DNA of 46,909 nt from Minisyncoccia bacterium (GTDB lineage Bacteria; Patescibacteriota; Minisyncoccia; 2-02-FULL-40-12; IGHO2-01-FULL-4-A), in NCBI GenBank assembly GCA_041499075.1, contig JBGQJN010000004.1, forward strand, positions 1-46,909. Direction: 5' to 3'. Of this stretch, positions 44,039 to 46,909 are shown piece by piece. The notes under the pieces were generated by a model, which ran no database searches, was not told where the DNA came from, and saw only the letters and a program-made list of their open reading frames with translations. The stretch's first letter is position 1. Each line of letters starts with the position of its first letter. The translations under genes and the position numbers were made by a program.

Positions 44039-46747
44039 TCACTTACCGTGACATTTCTTGAATTTTTTGCCGGAGCCACACCAACAGGGATCGTTGCGGC
44101 CGATGTTGGGATGTTCGGATGTCTGCGGCGTTTGCCTAGTGGATTCGTTTTTCATTTGGTTAGCGACAGAACCTGTAGGTACAATATCTTCTTTTTTTTC
44201 TTGGATGTTAAGCGTCTTGGGCTGATTCACAAAACCGACTTTGAAAATCATATTTACCACCTGCGCGCCGATTACAGCTTGCAGTTGGTTAAATAATTTC
44301 TGGCCTTCAATTTTGTACTCCACTAAAGGATCGCGCTGGCCATAGGCACGCAAACGTACAGAATCGCGCAAATATTCCATCTGTTCAAGATGATCAACCC
44401 AAAGTTCATCAATTACTCGTAGTAAGACCATTCTCTCAAGATGACGCATTGCCTCGGCAGTAACTTGCTTCTCGCGCTTGGCATATGCAAAATCAATTAT
44501 TTGGTGCAAAAATTCTGAAATCTGATTTACATCTCTGCTTGCAGAAATTTCATTCAGTTTGGCATGCAAAGTATTATCAACCGGCAGAATAGCCTTGATG
44601 TTTTCTGCTATTTCTTCAACATTCCAATCGCCGTTTTCGGAAGAAGTATTAAACTGGATGATTTTATCAATCTGCTCATGTGCATAGTCAATAATTTTTT
44701 CCTTGATATCGGATGATTCCAATGTTTCACGGCGCAACTGGTAAATCGCTTTTCTGTGTTTGTTCATGACATCATCGTATTCCAGGACGTATTTACGGAT
44801 GTCAAAATTATTGCCTTCAATTTTGGACTGCGCCTGTTCAATCGCACTGGCAACAAACCTATTTTCAATAACATCGTCTTCGCCGACACCCAGTCGGTCC
44901 ATTAGATTCGTCAGCCGGTCACCGCCGAATATCCTGACCAGATCATCTTCGGTAGAAACAAAAAACTGCGACGATCCCGGATCACCCTGACGACCGGCGC
45001 GGCCGCGCAATTGATTATCTATACGGCGGGCTTCGTGACGTTCGGTACCTATGATATGCAGGCCCCCAGCTTCGCGAACCCCGTTCGCTTCCTCGGGCAA
45101 AGGCGGATTACCGCCAAGTATTATGTCTACGCCCCTGCCGGCCATATTCGTCGCCACTGTCACCGAGCCGAACCGGCCGGCTTGGGCTATTACCTCGCCT
45201 TCCTGTTCATGGTTTTTGGCGTTTAATACTTTATGTGGCACGCCCTCACGCTCAAGATAAGCCGACAATATTTCATTTTTGGTGATAGAAACTGTGCCCA
45301 CAAGCACCGGCTGGCCGGACATATGACGCTCTTTGATTTCAGCAACAATGGCTTTCAGCTTGCCGGTTTCTGTTTTGTAAATTCTATCCGTCAAATCAGT
45401 ACGGACCATCTGTTTGTTGGTCGGCATGGTTATAGTTTCAAGATTGTAAACTTTATGGAATTCTTCCGCTGATGTCTGGGCGGTACCGGTCATGCCGGCA
45501 AGTTTGTCGTATAAGCGAAAATAATTCTGGAAAGTTATCGTTGCCAAAGTACGCGATTCTTTCTGGACATAAACACCCTCCTTGGCTTCAACCGCCTGGT
45601 GCAGACCCTCTGACCAGCGCCGGCCAGGCATGAGGCGCCCGGTGAACTCATCAACGATTATCACCTCGCCGTCTTTGACGACATAATCCTTATCTTTGTG
45701 GAAAAGTATCTGCGCTTTGAGCGCCTGTTCCATATGATGCACATACCTGGTGCCGCCTTCCTCATAAATGTTTTTGAGATTTAGCATATTCTCAACTTTT
45801 TCTATGCCTTTTTCGGTTATTGAAACCGCTTTCAGCTTTTCGTCTACGTTATAATCTTCGTTTTCCTGAAGGCGCGGCACGATTTTGGCGAATGTTTCAT
45901 AAAGTTTCGTGGATTCAGAGTCTGGCGCGGAAATAATCAGCGGCGTACGCGCCTCATCAATCAAGATGGAGTCAATTTCGTCAACGATAGCGAAGTGGTG
46001 CGACCTGGCTTGAACGACTTGGCTCAACTCATAAGCCATATTGTCGCGCAAGTAATCAAAACCGTATTCATTATTGGTGCCATAGGTAATATCGGCCTCA
46101 TAAGCGGCGCGGCGGCTGACCGGGCGCAGGAATTCATGGACGACTCGGAAAGCGCCTTCAGTGTCGCGAATCTTATCAAGTCTTTTTTCTGTGTCCGAAT
46201 TATCATTCTCCTTTTTTGTTTCTTGATGCAAGGGATCGTACAGATAACTGGCTTCATGGTTGATACAGCCGATACTCAAGCCGAGAGCGTGATAAATCTG
46301 ACCCATCCAAACAGCATCTCGGCGGGAGAGATAGTCATTGACGGTCACGATGTGCACTCCGCCACCAGTAATGGCGTTAAGGTAAGCCGGTAAAGTCGCA
46401 ACCAGTGTCTTACCTTCACCTGTTTTCATCTCGGCAATACTGCCTTTGTGAAGCGTAATACCGCCCATCAGCTGGACGTCAAAATGGCGCTGGCCGAGCG
46501 TGCGTTTAGCCGCTTCGCGCACGGCGGCAAAGGCTTCCGGCAAAACATCATCAAGCGATCCGCCCGCAGCTAATTGTTCTCTGAATTCCTGCGTTTTACC
46601 GCGCAGTTCCTCAATTGAAAAATGCTCGAACGTCGGTTCGAGCTCATTAATATTATTAATAATCGGTTGGTAATTCTGCACCGTCCGCTTATTGGCATCA
46701 CCAAAAATCTTAGAGAGTATAGACATCTTATTAGTCAATTTTACCAT
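44039..46747 (-). CDS. secA: preprotein translocase ATPase SecA
   Basis: DEAD-motor motifs (…MKTGEGKTLVA…, …VDEIDSILIDEARTPLII…). C-terminal zinc finger CWCGSGKKFKKCHG. A 10-bp hairpin overlaps the stop. Confidence 0.95.
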   Translation of the reverse strand: MVKLTNKMSILSKIFGDANKRTVQNYQPIINNINELEPTFEHFSIEELRGKTQEFREQLAAGGSLDDVLPEAFAAVREAAKRTLGQRHFDVQLMGGITLHKGSIAEMKTGEGKTLVATLPAYLNAITGGGVHIVTVNDYLSRRDAVWMGQIYHALGLSIGCINHEASYLYDPLHQETKKENDNSDTEKRLDKIRDTEGAFRVVHEFLRPVSRRAAYEADITYGTNNEYGFDYLRDNMAYELSQVVQARSHHFAIVDEIDSILIDEARTPLIISAPDSESTKLYETFAKIVPRLQENEDYNVDEKLKAVSITEKGIEKVENMLNLKNIYEEGGTRYVHHMEQALKAQILFHKDKDYVVKDGEVIIVDEFTGRLMPGRRWSEGLHQAVEAKEGVYVQKESRTLATITFQNYFRLYDKLAGMTGTAQTSAEEFHKVYNLETITMPTNKQMVRTDLTDRIYKTETGKLKAIVAEIKERHMSGQPVLVGTVSITKNEILSAYLEREGVPHKVLNAKNHEQEGEVIAQAGRFGSVTVATNMAGRGVDIILGGNPPLPEEANGVREAGGLHIIGTERHEARRIDNQLRGRAGRQGDPGSSQFFVSTEDDLVRIFGGDRLTNLMDRLGVGEDDVIENRFVASAIEQAQSKIEGNNFDIRKYVLEYDDVMNKHRKAIYQLRRETLESSDIKEKIIDYAHEQIDKIIQFNTSSENGDWNVEEIAENIKAILPVDNTLHAKLNEISASRDVNQISEFLHQIIDFAYAKREKQVTAEAMRHLERMVLLRVIDELWVDHLEQMEYLRDSVRLRAYGQRDPLVEYKIEGQKLFNQLQAVIGAQVVNMIFKVGFVNQPKTLNIQEKKEDIVPTGSVANQMKNESTRQTPQTSEHPNIGRNDPCWCGSGKKFKKCHGK

Positions 46748-46909
46748 AAATCTCAGGGGATTACAAACTCATCATTTTGAATTTTTGAAAAAGAAAACAG
46801 GCCTAGACCTGTTGTGTTTGCGATTCTTTTGAAGGTTTTTTGTATTCTATCAAAAGTTGTTTGATTACTTCAGAACTTAGTTCAAATCCCATTACCCTTT
46901 GGACTTGCA

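Noticed and set aside
46850-46909. tRNA-like T-loop motif GTTCAAATCC at the window edge
   Set aside because: The flanking bases do not form a 5-bp T-stem. No acceptor or anticodon arms can be drawn on either strand.
1-46909. CRISPR arrays, rRNA genes, IS elements or transposases
   Set aside because: I found no regularly spaced short direct repeats, no rRNA-like conserved stretches, and no DDE, serine- or tyrosine-recombinase ORFs in any frame.

Overview
This window looks like a compact, gene-dense bacterial chromosomal segment. Genes form long co-directional runs with 1-35 nt overlaps, and composition is AT-biased and heterogeneous. The gene content resembles a reduced-genome, Gram-positive-like lineage such as Patescibacteria/CPR. 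The pointers to that are a gamma-length-only dnaX, several GT39/TMTC-type membrane glycosyltransferases, a giant Thr/Gly-rich surface protein, and no biosynthetic operons. This placement is an inference, not a search result.

Housekeeping genes recognised from motifs are dnaX, holB, a PHP-domain PolX, a minimal MGMT/Ogt, murG, alr, ftsQ, serS, lysS, secA, htrA and one tRNA-Gln(UUG).

Accessory content falls into six groups.
1. A glycosylation theme: a GtrA-like protein, a PF03706-like flippase-domain protein, two PMT/ArnT-like GT-C enzymes and one TMTC-like TPR enzyme lie next to Ser/Thr/Pro-rich secreted proteins. One of these is 1229 aa and another carries a C-terminal SH3b domain.
2. An orphan VirD4/HerA-like P-loop ATPase.
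3. A carbohydrate module with GH1, a GH5-like enzyme, an EamA transporter and a Crp/Fnr regulator.
4. Two PD-(D/E)xK nucleases sit side by side. One is a TM0106-type RecB-like nuclease with an RNase-H-like domain and the other is Cas4-like with Cys clusters. They neighbour a CPBP/Abi protease and appear co-operonic with DUF4258(RelE-fold)-NUDIX-ASCH-PNPOx-DUF1653-secA.
5. A 1.1 kb AT-rich non-coding gap carries two perfect and one near-perfect DnaA box plus a dense TGACA/TGTCA motif array. I read this as an oriC or replication-control candidate.
6. Several 90-180 nt intergenic elements have long nested inverted repeats and are candidate structured RNAs or MITE-like elements.

I found no rRNA, CRISPR array or transposase. 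All calls rest on reading motifs in the six-frame translations and the raw sequence; no database search was run.
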